Shown here in pieces: positions 27,085-36,787 of a DNA stretch of 64,000 nt. The notes under the pieces are model-generated. The model searched no databases, was not told where the DNA came from, and saw nothing but the letters and a program-made list of their open reading frames with translations. Origin of the DNA: Clostridia bacterium (GTDB taxonomy: Bacteria > Bacillota > Clostridia > Monoglobales > Firm-18). A program made the position numbers and the translations under genes. Every line of letters begins with the position of its first letter. The first letter of the stretch is position 1. The DNA is taken from assembly GCA_045541135.1 (NCBI GenBank), contig JAZQIO010000006.1, positions 11,512 through 75,511 on the forward strand, written 5' to 3'.

Positions 27085-27912
27085 TTATTCGAAGTTTCTT
27101 ATATCAAGTATTCTTAATGCATTTTTGTGTGTAATCATATCCATTTCTTCCTGTGCAAGGTCAAGCTTTTTAAGTTCCTCCAAAGGACTTGACTGACTTT
27201 TCCAGGGTGAATCGCTACCATACAAAATTTTTTCTGCACCATGGTTTCTTATAATACGCAAAAATTGTTCTTTTTCAATGTGACTACAAGCATAGGAAAT
27301 ATCAAAATACATTTCACTGCCCACAAGGTATTTTTCAACATCGTCCCACATTTCAAAGCTTCCAAGATGTGCAGCTATAATATACTTACCGCTTACATAG
27401 TCCAAAAGTCTTTTAAGTCTTTCGGGATTACAAAGCTCTGATGTAGGTACGCCAATATCCACACCTGCATGGAACATTGTATAAAGTCCAAGCTCATCTG
27501 CCTTTTTTACAATTCTTATTACCTCAGGGCTGTCTACATACACATTCTGATACTGAGGGTGAATTTTAACACCTATAAAGCCTTGCCTTGCAAGGTCAGT
27601 TATTACTTCCTCCCAGTCATCCTGCATAGGATGCAGTGAACCGAAGGAAATTATATTCCCTCCTGTTATTTCCTTTGCATAGGAGTTTATGGTAGGTGTC
27701 TGCTTTGGCTTTGTTGCAATGGGCATAACAACACTTATATCAACACCGTTTTCTGCCATCGACTGCCGTAGGCTTTCAACAGTTCCCTCTGTATATGCAG
27801 GTACACTTTCCCCCCGTACATTATATACATTTGCCTTTAGTGCATCCAAGGTTTTTGCCGCAATTTGTGGCGGAAAAACATGGGTATGAAAATCTATTAT
27901 CATTTTTCTCAC
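27085..27912 (-). CDS. Amidohydrolase-family (TIM-barrel metal-dependent hydrolase) protein
   Basis: IIDFHTHVFP N-terminal metal motif; 275 aa. Confidence 0.7.
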   Translation of the reverse strand: MRKMIIDFHTHVFPPQIAAKTLDALKANVYNVRGESVPAYTEGTVESLRQSMAENGVDISVVMPIATKPKQTPTINSYAKEITGGNIISFGSLHPMQDDWEEVITDLARQGFIGVKIHPQYQNVYVDSPEVIRIVKKADELGLYTMFHAGVDIGVPTSELCNPERLKRLLDYVSGKYIIAAHLGSFEMWDDVEKYLVGSEMYFDISYACSHIEKEQFLRIIRNHGAEKILYGSDSPWKSQSSPLEELKKLDLAQEEMDMITHKNALRILDIRNFE

Positions 27913-27918
27913 CGTTTA

Positions 27919-28461
27919 TTATTTCAAGTACTTTCTTACATTTGTGTCGTATGCATCTATACAGTTCTGTATAACTTTAAGAGCTTCCTCTCTGCCACAT
28001 ATTTCATCAACAACAGTTACCTTTTCCTCAAGCATCTTATACACTTCAAAGAAGTGCTTGATTTCGTCAAACTGATGCTTTGGAAGCTCAGAAATATCAT
28101 TATACATATTAAGTGACGGGTCTGTATATGGGATTGCAATAATCTTTTCGTCAGTTTCGTTATCATCCGTCATTTTAAGAACACCGATTGGATAACAGTC
28201 TACAATTGTTAAAATATCAAGTTCTTCCTGACACAATACCAAAACATCAAGTGGGTCTCCGTCATCGGAAAGTGTAAGCGGAATAAAGCCGTAGTTTTGC
28301 GGATAATGTGTGGATGTAAACAAAATTCTGTCAAGTCGTATAAGTCCTGTTTTCTTATCAAGTTCATATTTTTTGTGACATTTTTTCGGAATTTCTATAA
28401 GACTTACAAATTTTTCGGGTGTTACTCTTTCTTTTTCAAAATCATGCCATGGATTCATCAT
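27919..28461 (-). CDS. ppa: Inorganic pyrophosphatase (family I)
   Basis: YPQNYGFIP...DGDPLDVLVL signature. Confidence 0.9.
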   Translation of the reverse strand: MMNPWHDFEKERVTPEKFVSLIEIPKKCHKKYELDKKTGLIRLDRILFTSTHYPQNYGFIPLTLSDDGDPLDVLVLCQEELDILTIVDCYPIGVLKMTDDNETDEKIIAIPYTDPSLNMYNDISELPKHQFDEIKHFFEVYKMLEEKVTVVDEICGREEALKVIQNCIDAYDTNVRKYLK

Positions 28462-28480
28462 ATTTCCTCCTAAAGTTTAA

Positions 28481-28516
28481 AATGGACAAAATGGGCTGTC
28501 GTTTTCCGACAGCCCT
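28481..28516 (-). terminator. Rho-independent terminator of pnp
   Basis: GGGCTGTCG / CGACAGCCC stem followed by ATTTTGTCCATTT on the minus strand. Confidence 0.6.
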
Positions 28517-28540
28517 GATTGTTAAATTCTTATAGCAAAA

Positions 28541-30625
28541 TTACTCTGCATCCTTTTTAGATAAATTAATTCTTCCCTTATCGTCGATTTCGATAACCTT
28601 AACCTTAATTTCATCGCCTACGTTAACAACATCTTCCACCTTTTCAACGCGTTCCTGTGCAAGCTTTGAAATGTGTACAAGACCTTCCTTACCGGGCAAT
28701 ATTTCAACAAAGGCACCAAACTGCATAATTCTTGTTACTGTACCAACGTAAACTTCACCGGGTTCAGGTTCCTTTACGATACCTGTAATGATATCCTTTG
28801 CAGCCTGAAGTGAAGGACCGTCAACTGACATAATAAGAACTCTGCCGTCGTCGTCAATGTCTATCTTCACACCCGTATCAGCAATAATCTTCTGGATTGT
28901 CTTACCGCCACTACCAATAACGTCTCTGATTTTTTCAGGATCGATGTACATTGTTTCTACTCTTGGAGCATATGCTGAAAGTTCTGCTCTTGGGCTTTCG
29001 ATAGCCTTAAGCAATACTTCGTCAATAATCTTGATACGTGCAGCCTTTGTCTTAGCGAAAGCTTCACGGATAATTGCAGGAGTAAGACCGTCAATCTTAA
29101 GGTCCATCTGAATTGCTGTGATACCGTCTTTTGTACCTGCTACCTTAAAGTCCATATCGCCGTGGAAGTCTTCAAGACCCTGAATGTCAAGCATTGTCAT
29201 AAAGCTGTCGCCTTCGTCAATAAGACCAACAGAGATACCTGCAACAGGAGCCTTAATAGGCACACCTGCATCCATAAGAGCCAATGTGCTTCCGCAAACT
29301 GAAGCCTGTGATGTTGAACCGTTTGAAGAAAGAACTTCCGAAACCAAACGAATAGCATATGGGAATTCTTCTTCTGTAGGAATTACAGGTTCCAAAGCAC
29401 GTTCTGCCAAAGCACCGTGACCAACTTCACGTCTTCCCGGACCTCTTGATGGCTTTGTTTCACCAACAGAGTATGATGGGAAGTTGTAGTGGTGGATATA
29501 TCTCTTATTCTGTTCAGCTTCATCAAGACCGTCAAGTTTCTGTGCATCACCAAGAGCACCCAGGGTTGCAACTGTAAGAACCTGAGTCTGACCTCTTGTA
29601 AACATACCTGAACCGTGAACTCGTGGAAGCAAACCAACTTCTGCACTTAGAGGACGGATATCATCAATACCACGGCCGTCTACACGCTTGTGTTCATCCT
29701 TAAGCCAGCTTCTTACGATGTTTTTCTGCATCTTATAAAGAACTTCACCAATTTCAGTGTCGTAGTTTTCATACTTTTCAGCAAGTTCTGCTTCAAGTTT
29801 TTCTTCAACTATCAACATTCTTGCATCACGGATTTTCTTGTCATCTGTGTCAAGAGCGTTTTTAATATCGTCAATAGCAATTCTTTCAACATCGTCATAC
29901 AAATCGTGGTTGATATCGAAAGCTTCATATTTAATCTTTTCCTTCTTACCTACTGCATCTGCAATTTCGTCAACAAAGTCACAAAGCTTCTTGATTTCTT
30001 CATGAGCAAGCATAATTGCGTCATAAACAACATCATCAGGAACTTCTTTAGCACCTGCTTCAATCATACAAACCTTCTGGCGTGTACCTGAAACAGTCAT
30101 ATTAAGCTGACTTACTTCTCTCTGCTCTGCAGTTGGGTTGATAACAAATTCACCGTCAACAATACCAACAAATACGCTTGCAACAGGACCGTTGAAAGGA
30201 ATGTCGGAAATTGCAATAGCAATAGCTGTACCCATCATAGCGCCGAATTCAGGAAGGTTGTCCTGTTCAACACTCAAAACTGTGGAAACGATAGATACGT
30301 CATTTCTAAGGTCTTTAGGGAACAAAGGTCTGATTGGTCTGTCAATAACACGGCTTGTAAGAATAGCCTTGTCTGAAGGCTTGCCTTCTCTCTTTGTAAA
30401 ACCGCCGGGGATTTTACCTACCGAATAAAGTTTTTCTTCGTAGTCAACAGATAGAGGGAAAAAGTCAACACCCTCACGAGGCTTGTCCGAAGCTGTTACA
30501 TTTGTCATAACAACTGTGTCACCGTATCTTACAATACATGAGCCATTGGAAAGCTGTGCCATTTTACCTGTTTCTACAACAAGTTTTCTACCTGCAACGG
30601 TAGTTTCAAACTGTCTGAATGCCAT
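28541..30625 (-). CDS. pnp: Polyribonucleotide nucleotidyltransferase (PNPase)
   Basis: 694 aa: two RNase PH domains, then KH and S1 ([33 protein letters not shown]). Confidence 0.95.
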   Translation of the reverse strand: MAFRQFETTVAGRKLVVETGKMAQLSNGSCIVRYGDTVVMTNVTASDKPREGVDFFPLSVDYEEKLYSVGKIPGGFTKREGKPSDKAILTSRVIDRPIRPLFPKDLRNDVSIVSTVLSVEQDNLPEFGAMMGTAIAIAISDIPFNGPVASVFVGIVDGEFVINPTAEQREVSQLNMTVSGTRQKVCMIEAGAKEVPDDVVYDAIMLAHEEIKKLCDFVDEIADAVGKKEKIKYEAFDINHDLYDDVERIAIDDIKNALDTDDKKIRDARMLIVEEKLEAELAEKYENYDTEIGEVLYKMQKNIVRSWLKDEHKRVDGRGIDDIRPLSAEVGLLPRVHGSGMFTRGQTQVLTVATLGALGDAQKLDGLDEAEQNKRYIHHYNFPSYSVGETKPSRGPGRREVGHGALAERALEPVIPTEEEFPYAIRLVSEVLSSNGSTSQASVCGSTLALMDAGVPIKAPVAGISVGLIDEGDSFMTMLDIQGLEDFHGDMDFKVAGTKDGITAIQMDLKIDGLTPAIIREAFAKTKAARIKIIDEVLLKAIESPRAELSAYAPRVETMYIDPEKIRDVIGSGGKTIQKIIADTGVKIDIDDDGRVLIMSVDGPSLQAAKDIITGIVKEPEPGEVYVGTVTRIMQFGAFVEILPGKEGLVHISKLAQERVEKVEDVVNVGDEIKVKVIEIDDKGRINLSKKDAE

Positions 30626-30666
30626 TTTAAATTACCTCCAATTTTATTTATTTTACGAGGCATCAT

Positions 30667-30716
30667 TTAGCACTTAGTTATACATACTCATACGAATACA
30701 TATAATTAACTGCTAA
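30667..30716 (-). promoter_or_regulatory. Long imperfect hairpin in the pnp 5' leader (candidate RNase III/autoregulation site)
   Basis: 16-position stem TTAGCAGTTAATTATA / TATAACTAAGTGCTAA (14 of 16 paired by hand), between the rpsO terminator and the pnp SD. Confidence 0.35.
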
Positions 30717-30740
30717 CCTCCGCCTCTTTGTTAATTAGTT

Positions 30741-30781
30741 TTAAAAGCAATCAAACGAGTGATACAACAAAGTATCACCCG
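30741..30781 (-). terminator. Rho-independent terminator of rpsO
   Basis: Minus strand: CGGGTGATAC tttgtt GTATCACTCG, then TTTGATTGCTTTT. The single mismatch is a G-U pair only on the minus strand. Confidence 0.55.
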
Positions 30782-30793
30782 TTTTCATTTTAA

Positions 30794-31057
30794 CTATTTT
30801 CTCAAGTTACATTTAGCAACGATTGCTCTGTATCTTTCGATATCTTTTTTCATAAGATAGTTCAAAAGACCACGTCTCTGACCAACCATTTTCAAAAGAC
30901 CTCTTCTTGAGTGATGGTCCTTCTTGTTAATCTTAAGATGTTCGTTAAGATGGTTGATTCTTTCTGTAAGTATAGCGATCTGAACTTCAGGAGAACCTGT
31001 GTCAGTCTCATGCAATTTGTACTTTGCAATAATTTCCTGCTTTACTTCCTTCATCAT
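30794..31057 (-). CDS. rpsO: 30S ribosomal protein S15
   Basis: 87 aa: [42 protein letters not shown]. Confidence 0.9.
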   Translation of the reverse strand: MMKEVKQEIIAKYKLHETDTGSPEVQIAILTERINHLNEHLKINKKDHHSRRGLLKMVGQRRGLLNYLMKKDIERYRAIVAKCNLRK

Positions 31058-31163
31058 AGTGCTTTCACCTCCACTTAAATTTTACGCTTAACCCGAGCAT
31101 CAGTTGTGTGGAACATTATCCTGAAACCCAGCATTAGCCTCATATATTATACTACACAATTTT

Positions 31164-32063
31164 TCATTTGTAAAGATATTTTTTAAAAATTTCCAAACTT
31201 TTATTTTTGTCAGCTTTTAATTGGTTTTTAAGTTCCTCTTTTGAACTAAAACCAACTACGTTTCTTAGCTTTTCCAAAAAGCAAACGGAAATATTTTTGC
31301 CGTATAAATCTCCTTCAAAATCAAAAATGTTTGTTTCCAACAATATTTTGTTATCCTTAAAGGTAGGCTTGCCTCCGTAATTTGTTACTGAAGGATATAT
31401 TTTTCCTTCATATTCCGTAACGGTAGCATATACACCTTCTGAAGGCATTATACGGTTTTCATCTACACAAATATTGGCAGTGGGAAAACCCATTGTTCTG
31501 CCTATTGCGTTACCGTGAACCACCGTACCGGATATACAAAAATCCCGTCCAAGCATTTTCCTTGCAATTTCAAAGTTATTTTCTTCTATATAACCACGTA
31601 TTTTTGTGCTGCTTACAATTTCACTTCCAAGGTAGACGGGCTCTACTACATCAATAATGATATCATTTTCAATACAATAGTCCTTTAAAAAATGTGTGTT
31701 GCCCTCTCTTCCTTTTCCAAAACGAAAATTAAAGCCAACGGTTACATAATTTGCTTCCTTAATAAAACTGTTAAGAAAATCTGTTGCAGATGTATTTTTA
31801 AAATCTGTATCAAACTTTTGAATATAAAGATAATCCACACCAAGACCTTCGAATATTTTAATACGTTTTTCCCAATCGTTAATATATTTTGCACCCGATG
31901 GTAACATATCAAAAGTATATATACAGGATTTACAGTTGTTATCGTTAGAATAATTTACGATATTTTCAATTAATTTTCTGTGCCCCATATGAATTCCGTC
32001 AAATGCACCAAGTGCAATTGCCATACCTTTTGGGAGCATTTCGCTACTTTTCAATATTTTCAT
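31164..32063 (-). CDS. ribF: Bifunctional riboflavin kinase / FMN adenylyltransferase
   Basis: GAFDGIHMGH N-terminus and a C-terminal riboflavin kinase domain (GFPTANI). Confidence 0.9.
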   Translation of the reverse strand: MKILKSSEMLPKGMAIALGAFDGIHMGHRKLIENIVNYSNDNNCKSCIYTFDMLPSGAKYINDWEKRIKIFEGLGVDYLYIQKFDTDFKNTSATDFLNSFIKEANYVTVGFNFRFGKGREGNTHFLKDYCIENDIIIDVVEPVYLGSEIVSSTKIRGYIEENNFEIARKMLGRDFCISGTVVHGNAIGRTMGFPTANICVDENRIMPSEGVYATVTEYEGKIYPSVTNYGGKPTFKDNKILLETNIFDFEGDLYGKNISVCFLEKLRNVVGFSSKEELKNQLKADKNKSLEIFKKYLYK

Positions 32064-32926
32064 TGTTGTTCACCAACGCAAAACATTATTTCTACCTTCA
32101 GCATTCCGTCCTCCATTTTAGAAAGACTAAGAAGTCTGCCATCACTGTCATACAATTTGTAATAAGCACCCTCAATACCATCATAAGGTATAGCATTACC
32201 GTTTAAAACCTTGCTTAAAATACTGTTGTCAACAATTATTTTCTCACCATCAAACAAATCAACAGCCAAAGTCACGTATTTTCCGTAATTTTCAGGTGTT
32301 AAGTCTTCAAGCTTTACAGAATCACGAATTTTGAATATGGAGCTTTGAGTGCGTACAAGACTCGTCATAACTGCACCACAGCCCAATTTTTCACCAATAT
32401 CATTACCAAGAGTACGAATATATGTTCCCTTTGAGCATTTTACATCTATTGTAAAGCTATTTTCCTTTACATCAAGAACGTTTATTTCATATATTTCTAC
32501 AGTGCGTGATTTACGCTCCACTTCTATTCCTTTACGGGCAAGGTCGCATAATTTTCTGCCATCCACCTTGATTGCAGAATACATAGGAGGAATTTGTTCT
32601 ATTGTACCAACAAAGCTTTTGATGCTATCAACAATTTGCTGTTTGGTGACATTTACGGGACGTTCCTCTAATACTGTACCGCTTATATCAAGAGTATCTG
32701 TTATAATTCCCAATTTAAAAGTGGCAGTATAGCGTTTATCAGAAAAAGTAAGCATATCTGCAACCTTTGTTCCTCTGTTAATGCAAACCGGCAAAACACC
32801 TTCTGCATCAGGGTCTAAAGTTCCCGTATGTCCTACTTTTTTAGTACCTGCAATTCTGCGAACTTTATTTACTACATCATGAGAGGTCATACCAACAGGT
32901 TTATAAATATTTATTATACCATCCAC
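32060..32926 (-). CDS. truB: tRNA pseudouridine(55) synthase
   Basis: GHTGTLDPDAEGVLPV catalytic Asp motif; PMYSAIK. Confidence 0.9.
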   Translation of the reverse strand: MDGIINIYKPVGMTSHDVVNKVRRIAGTKKVGHTGTLDPDAEGVLPVCINRGTKVADMLTFSDKRYTATFKLGIITDTLDISGTVLEERPVNVTKQQIVDSIKSFVGTIEQIPPMYSAIKVDGRKLCDLARKGIEVERKSRTVEIYEINVLDVKENSFTIDVKCSKGTYIRTLGNDIGEKLGCGAVMTSLVRTQSSIFKIRDSVKLEDLTPENYGKYVTLAVDLFDGEKIIVDNSILSKVLNGNAIPYDGIEGAYYKLYDSDGRLLSLSKMEDGMLKVEIMFCVGEQQ

Positions 32927-33891
32927 TATCTGATTCTGACCTCCAGTTTTATTCTTCTTTCAGCCTCACTGACCAATTTTTGTTTAACCTCTTCAAGAGT
33001 TCCTTTTACAGTACAGCCCGCTGCTCTTTCATGTCCACCACCACCATACTGTCTTGCCAGATTTGCCGCATCCACAAGCTGCGAACGAATACTTACCTTA
33101 ACGGAACCGTCTCCCATTTCACGAAAGCTCATAGAAACAATTGCCGTTTCCAAGGAACGTGGAATGTTAACGAAACTGCCTACATCGTCATCGTTTGCAT
33201 CAAACTGCTTTATCTGCTTATCTGTTATAGATACAGTTGAAATTTTATCATTATAAAATGTTTCAAGTGAATTGTATGCCAGCTTCATAAGTTCAAGTCT
33301 CTTTTTACTGTTCATTTCAAAAAGATAACCGCATATAAAAGCATTGTTAATTCCGTATTCCAATAACTGTGCGGCAATACTATGTGTGTGTGGTTTAGTA
33401 TTTGAATATGCAAAACCGCCCGTATCTGACACAATTGCAATATAAATATTATTTACAATTTGTGTTGTAAGGGGAATATTCATAAACTGTGCAAGTTCAT
33501 ATATAATTTCCCCTGTCGCCGCAGCTATAGGATTTACAAAATTGTATGTTGCATATTTGTCATTAGTAATATGATGATCAAGATTAACTGTTAATTCACA
33601 GGCATCAAATGCACTTACCCTTGTGCCCATACGCTGTTTATCTGCACAGTCTACAGAAATTACAAGGTCAGGTGTAAATGCATCGTTTTTACAGCTTACA
33701 CCGTCTAAAATTTTCAGTATTCTGTGCTCACAATCTTTTTCATCCAAAATAACATCTGCTTTTTTGCCAAGCTCCTGCAACATAAGCTTAAGAGCATAGC
33801 TTGAACCAAGACAGTCACCATCTGCATTGTAGTGAGGGATAATGAGAATATTGTTACTGCGTTTTATCGCATTGCTTATATCTGTAAACAA
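32926..33891 (-). CDS. nrnA: DHH/DHHA1 phosphoesterase (NrnA-like oligoribonuclease/pAp phosphatase)
   Basis: DGDCLGS, NLDHHITN and GGGGHERAAG motifs. Confidence 0.75.
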   Translation of the reverse strand: MFTDISNAIKRSNNILIIPHYNADGDCLGSSYALKLMLQELGKKADVILDEKDCEHRILKILDGVSCKNDAFTPDLVISVDCADKQRMGTRVSAFDACELTVNLDHHITNDKYATYNFVNPIAAATGEIIYELAQFMNIPLTTQIVNNIYIAIVSDTGGFAYSNTKPHTHSIAAQLLEYGINNAFICGYLFEMNSKKRLELMKLAYNSLETFYNDKISTVSITDKQIKQFDANDDDVGSFVNIPRSLETAIVSMSFREMGDGSVKVSIRSQLVDAANLARQYGGGGHERAAGCTVKGTLEEVKQKLVSEAERRIKLEVRIR

Positions 33892-33910
33892 AAAATCATC
33901 CCTTTCACGA

Positions 33911-34252
33911 TTATTTATTTATATCATTTAAAAGCTTGTTGATATGTGCACCGTGCTCTATAGAATTATCAAGTGTAAACAATATTTCCGGTGTATAGCG
34001 AAGACCAAGTCTGTGAGCAAGCTCCTTACGTACAAAGCCTGCTGCATTTTTTAGTCCTTCAATTGCATCCTTCTGTGCGTTTTCATCACCAAAAACACTG
34101 ATATACGCCTTGCACCAGCGAAGGTCTTTTGTTATATCAACAGCTACCACACTGCAAAGACCCTTAGTAACCCTTGGGTCTTTGAGTTCCCGTATAATTG
34201 AACTTATTTCTTTGCGTGCTTCTTCATTAATTCTGTCTATTCTGTTTGCCAT
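33911..34252 (-). CDS. rbfA: Ribosome-binding factor A
   Basis: MANRIDRINEE... Start set to ATG 34252 after AGGAGAA. The ORF's upstream 16 codons lie inside the repeat element. Confidence 0.85.
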   Translation of the reverse strand: MANRIDRINEEARKEISSIIRELKDPRVTKGLCSVVAVDITKDLRWCKAYISVFGDENAQKDAIEGLKNAAGFVRKELAHRLGLRYTPEILFTLDNSIEHGAHINKLLNDINK

Positions 34253-34264
34253 AAGCAATTCTCC

Positions 34265-34540
34265 TAGCCGAAAGAGAATAATCCGAACCTCGATTTTCAA
34301 AGGTGAATTTCCGCTTTCGTTTTGTTAAAATACTCGGCAATCCATCAAGGATTACCTGCGTTTTTGCCTTACGCAACCAAAAATTCTCTCTTTGAAAATT
34401 CCATGACCTTAAACAGATGGAATTTCGAGCAGATTTTGGTGCGGAAGATGAAGCAAGGCTGACGCCTTGCGAAGATGACAAGCCTGAAGATACCGAAATT
34501 ACGCTGTTTAAGGCGGGTTCGGGTTACTATCTTTCGGCTA
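34265..34540. mobile_element. MITE-like non-coding element type 1, copy 1 (276 bp, ~25-bp TIRs)
   Basis: TIRs TAGCCGAAAGAGAATAATCCGAACC vs rc TAGCCGAAAGATAGTAACCCGAACC. Second copy at 54176-54450 (17 substitutions + 1 indel by hand). TA on both flanks; no conserved ORF. Confidence 0.65.
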
Positions 34541-36787
34541 TCTTGGGATTTCTTCCATTACGAAGCATTCGATAACATCGCCTTCTTTAATGTCATTGAA
34601 TCTTTCGATACCGATACCGCATTCGTAACCTGTAGGAACTTCCTTTGCATCGTCTTTAAATCTCTTAAGTGAATTCATTGTACCTTCGTGTACAACAATA
34701 CCGTCACGTACAATACGAACTTCACAGTTTCTGACAATTTTACCATCTGTTACATAGCAACCGCCGATTGTACCAACGCCTGAAATCTTATATGTCTGAC
34801 GGATTTCTGCATGACCGATAACATTTTCTTTGAATGTAGGCTCAAGCATACCCTTCATAGCGGCTTCGATTTCTTCGATAGCCTGATAAATTACTCTGTA
34901 AAGTCTTACTTCAACATTCTGACGTTCTGCAGATTCCATAGTAGCCGCAGAAGGTCTTACATTAAATCCGACAATAATAGCATTTGAAGCAGAAGCAAGC
35001 ATAATATCAGATTCACTGATTGTACCTGCGGCACCGTGAATAACATTAATTCTTACTTCATCATTTGAAAGCTTAACCAAAGACTGTTTGATTGCTTCAA
35101 CAGAACCCATAACGTCTGCCTTAATGATAATGTTAAGGTCTTTAATCTGACCCTGTTCAATCTGAGTAAACAAAGCATCAAGAGAAACAACTGTCTGTGT
35201 CGACTTGTTGTATTCATCCTTAATTTTCTGCTTTCTCTGTTCTACAACCATACGGGCTTTTCTTTCATCAGTTACGGCATAGAATAAGTCACCGCCTTCG
35301 GGAACTTCAGAAAGGCCAAGAATTTCAACAGGCATACTTGGACCTGCAGATTTTATTCTCTTACCGCCGTCATCAACCATAGCACGTACTTTACCTACTG
35401 CTGTACCTGCTACAACTATATCGCCAACATTAAGTGTACCATTCTGTACCAAAACTGTAGATACAGGACCTCTGCCCTTATCAAGTTTAGCTTCGATAAC
35501 TGTACCCTTAGCCATTCTGTCAGGATTAGCCTTAAGTTCCTTCATATCCGCAACCAAAAGTACCATTTCAAGCAATGTGTCAATATTGTCACCACGTAGA
35601 GCAGAGATCGGAACAACAATTGTGTCACCGCCCCATTCTTCAGGAACAAGACCGTGTTCTGTAAGCTGCTGCTTAACAAGATCAGGATTTGCAGTTTCTT
35701 TATCAATTTTATTGATAGCAACAATAATTGTTACACCTGCAGCTTTAGCATGGTTAATAGCTTCAATAGTCTGAGGCATAATACCGTCATCAGCCGCAAC
35801 AACAAGTATTGCAACGTCAGTAACCATAGCACCGCGAAGACGCATAGCTGTGAACGCTTCATGTCCCGGTGTATCAAGGAAAGTAATATCTCTGTCATTA
35901 ATATGAACTCTGTAAGCACCGATATGCTGTGTAATACCGCCTGCTTCTGTATCTATAACGTGAGTACGTCTGATATAGTCAAGAGTTTTTGTCTTACCGT
36001 GGTCAACGTGACCCATGATAACAACAACCGGTGGACGTGGTTGCAAGCTTTCTTCAGGGTCTTCAACGTCATTGAACAAAATATCTTCGTCTGTAACAAT
36101 AACTTCTTTTTCTACTGTTGCGTTAAATTCAGAAGCAATAAGTGATGCAGTATCAAAGTCAATAAGCTGACTTACAGATGCCATAACACCAATCATCATC
36201 AGACATTTTACAACTTCATTTGCAGGTTTGCCCAATTTTTCGGCAAATTCACCTACAGCAATTTCGTCACCCATATATACTACAACATTTTCGGCAACTT
36301 CTTCTTTTTCCTTCTTTTCCTTAACAAGCTTTTCGTTTTTATTTTCCATCTTATTGCTTGTTTTATTCTTTTTGATTTTCTGCTTTTTATCAGTTTTATT
36401 TGTATCAATATTTTGAGGAACAAGTTCTTCCATTTTTTCAGTATCAAACTTTTCAAGATCAACACTTACAGTTCTTGTGTCAACATATCTTGATTTTTTC
36501 TGAATAGGAGCATCGTCTATAATTTCCTCAACATTTTCAACTACGTCTTCTTTTTTCGCCTTTTTTGTTTCCTTTTTGGACTCAGCATTCTTTTTATCAA
36601 AACCGAAATCTTCTACCTGATATTTTTGTGTATAGTGTTCAAAAACTATATCAAGCTCATTTGCTTCAATAGAACTTTGTGCACTTTTAGCCTTACTTCC
36701 AAAAGTTTGCAACAGTTCTAACATTTCATTTTTATCAACGCCCAAATCTTTAGCTAAGGCACTTATTTTAATTTTAACAGCTGCCAT
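34538..36787 (-). CDS. infB: Translation initiation factor IF-2
   Basis: 749 aa; GTPase domain GHVDHGKT / DTPGH / NKID. The stop TAG 34538-34540 is the terminal TAG of the repeat element. Confidence 0.95.
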   Translation of the reverse strand: MAAVKIKISALAKDLGVDKNEMLELLQTFGSKAKSAQSSIEANELDIVFEHYTQKYQVEDFGFDKKNAESKKETKKAKKEDVVENVEEIIDDAPIQKKSRYVDTRTVSVDLEKFDTEKMEELVPQNIDTNKTDKKQKIKKNKTSNKMENKNEKLVKEKKEKEEVAENVVVYMGDEIAVGEFAEKLGKPANEVVKCLMMIGVMASVSQLIDFDTASLIASEFNATVEKEVIVTDEDILFNDVEDPEESLQPRPPVVVIMGHVDHGKTKTLDYIRRTHVIDTEAGGITQHIGAYRVHINDRDITFLDTPGHEAFTAMRLRGAMVTDVAILVVAADDGIMPQTIEAINHAKAAGVTIIVAINKIDKETANPDLVKQQLTEHGLVPEEWGGDTIVVPISALRGDNIDTLLEMVLLVADMKELKANPDRMAKGTVIEAKLDKGRGPVSTVLVQNGTLNVGDIVVAGTAVGKVRAMVDDGGKRIKSAGPSMPVEILGLSEVPEGGDLFYAVTDERKARMVVEQRKQKIKDEYNKSTQTVVSLDALFTQIEQGQIKDLNIIIKADVMGSVEAIKQSLVKLSNDEVRINVIHGAAGTISESDIMLASASNAIIVGFNVRPSAATMESAERQNVEVRLYRVIYQAIEEIEAAMKGMLEPTFKENVIGHAEIRQTYKISGVGTIGGCYVTDGKIVRNCEVRIVRDGIVVHEGTMNSLKRFKDDAKEVPTGYECGIGIERFNDIKEGDVIECFVMEEIPR

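Noticed and set aside
34227-34481. 84-aa minus-strand ORF spanning almost the whole MITE-like element.
   Set aside because: It has a TTG start and no SD, and runs out of frame into rbfA. The 1-nt indel in copy 2 destroys the frame, so the coding potential is not conserved.
34265-34540. The 276-bp element as a housekeeping RNA (SRP/scRNA, 6S, tmRNA, RNase P) or a riboswitch/T-box.
   Set aside because: There are two near-identical copies inside unrelated operons, with terminal inverted repeats and TA flanks. I saw none of the conserved motifs I know for those RNAs, and the position between a stop and an SD does not fit a cis-regulatory leader.
34475-34672. Plus-strand ORFs MTSLK(I/M)(P/S)KLRCLRR… starting in each element copy (also 54385-54588).
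   Set aside because: Similarity between the two is confined to the repeat itself. Both then read antisense through infB or stp with unrelated sequence, and neither has an SD.
35654-36145. Other long antisense ORFs: 35654-36145 (+) in infB, 56842-57420 (+) across MBL/DUF896/rsmB, 49216-49671 (-) in fba, 29690-30091 (+) in pnp, 32828-33256 (+) in truB/nrnA.
   Set aside because: All lie opposite strongly supported genes, lack SDs and have biased, unrecognisable composition.
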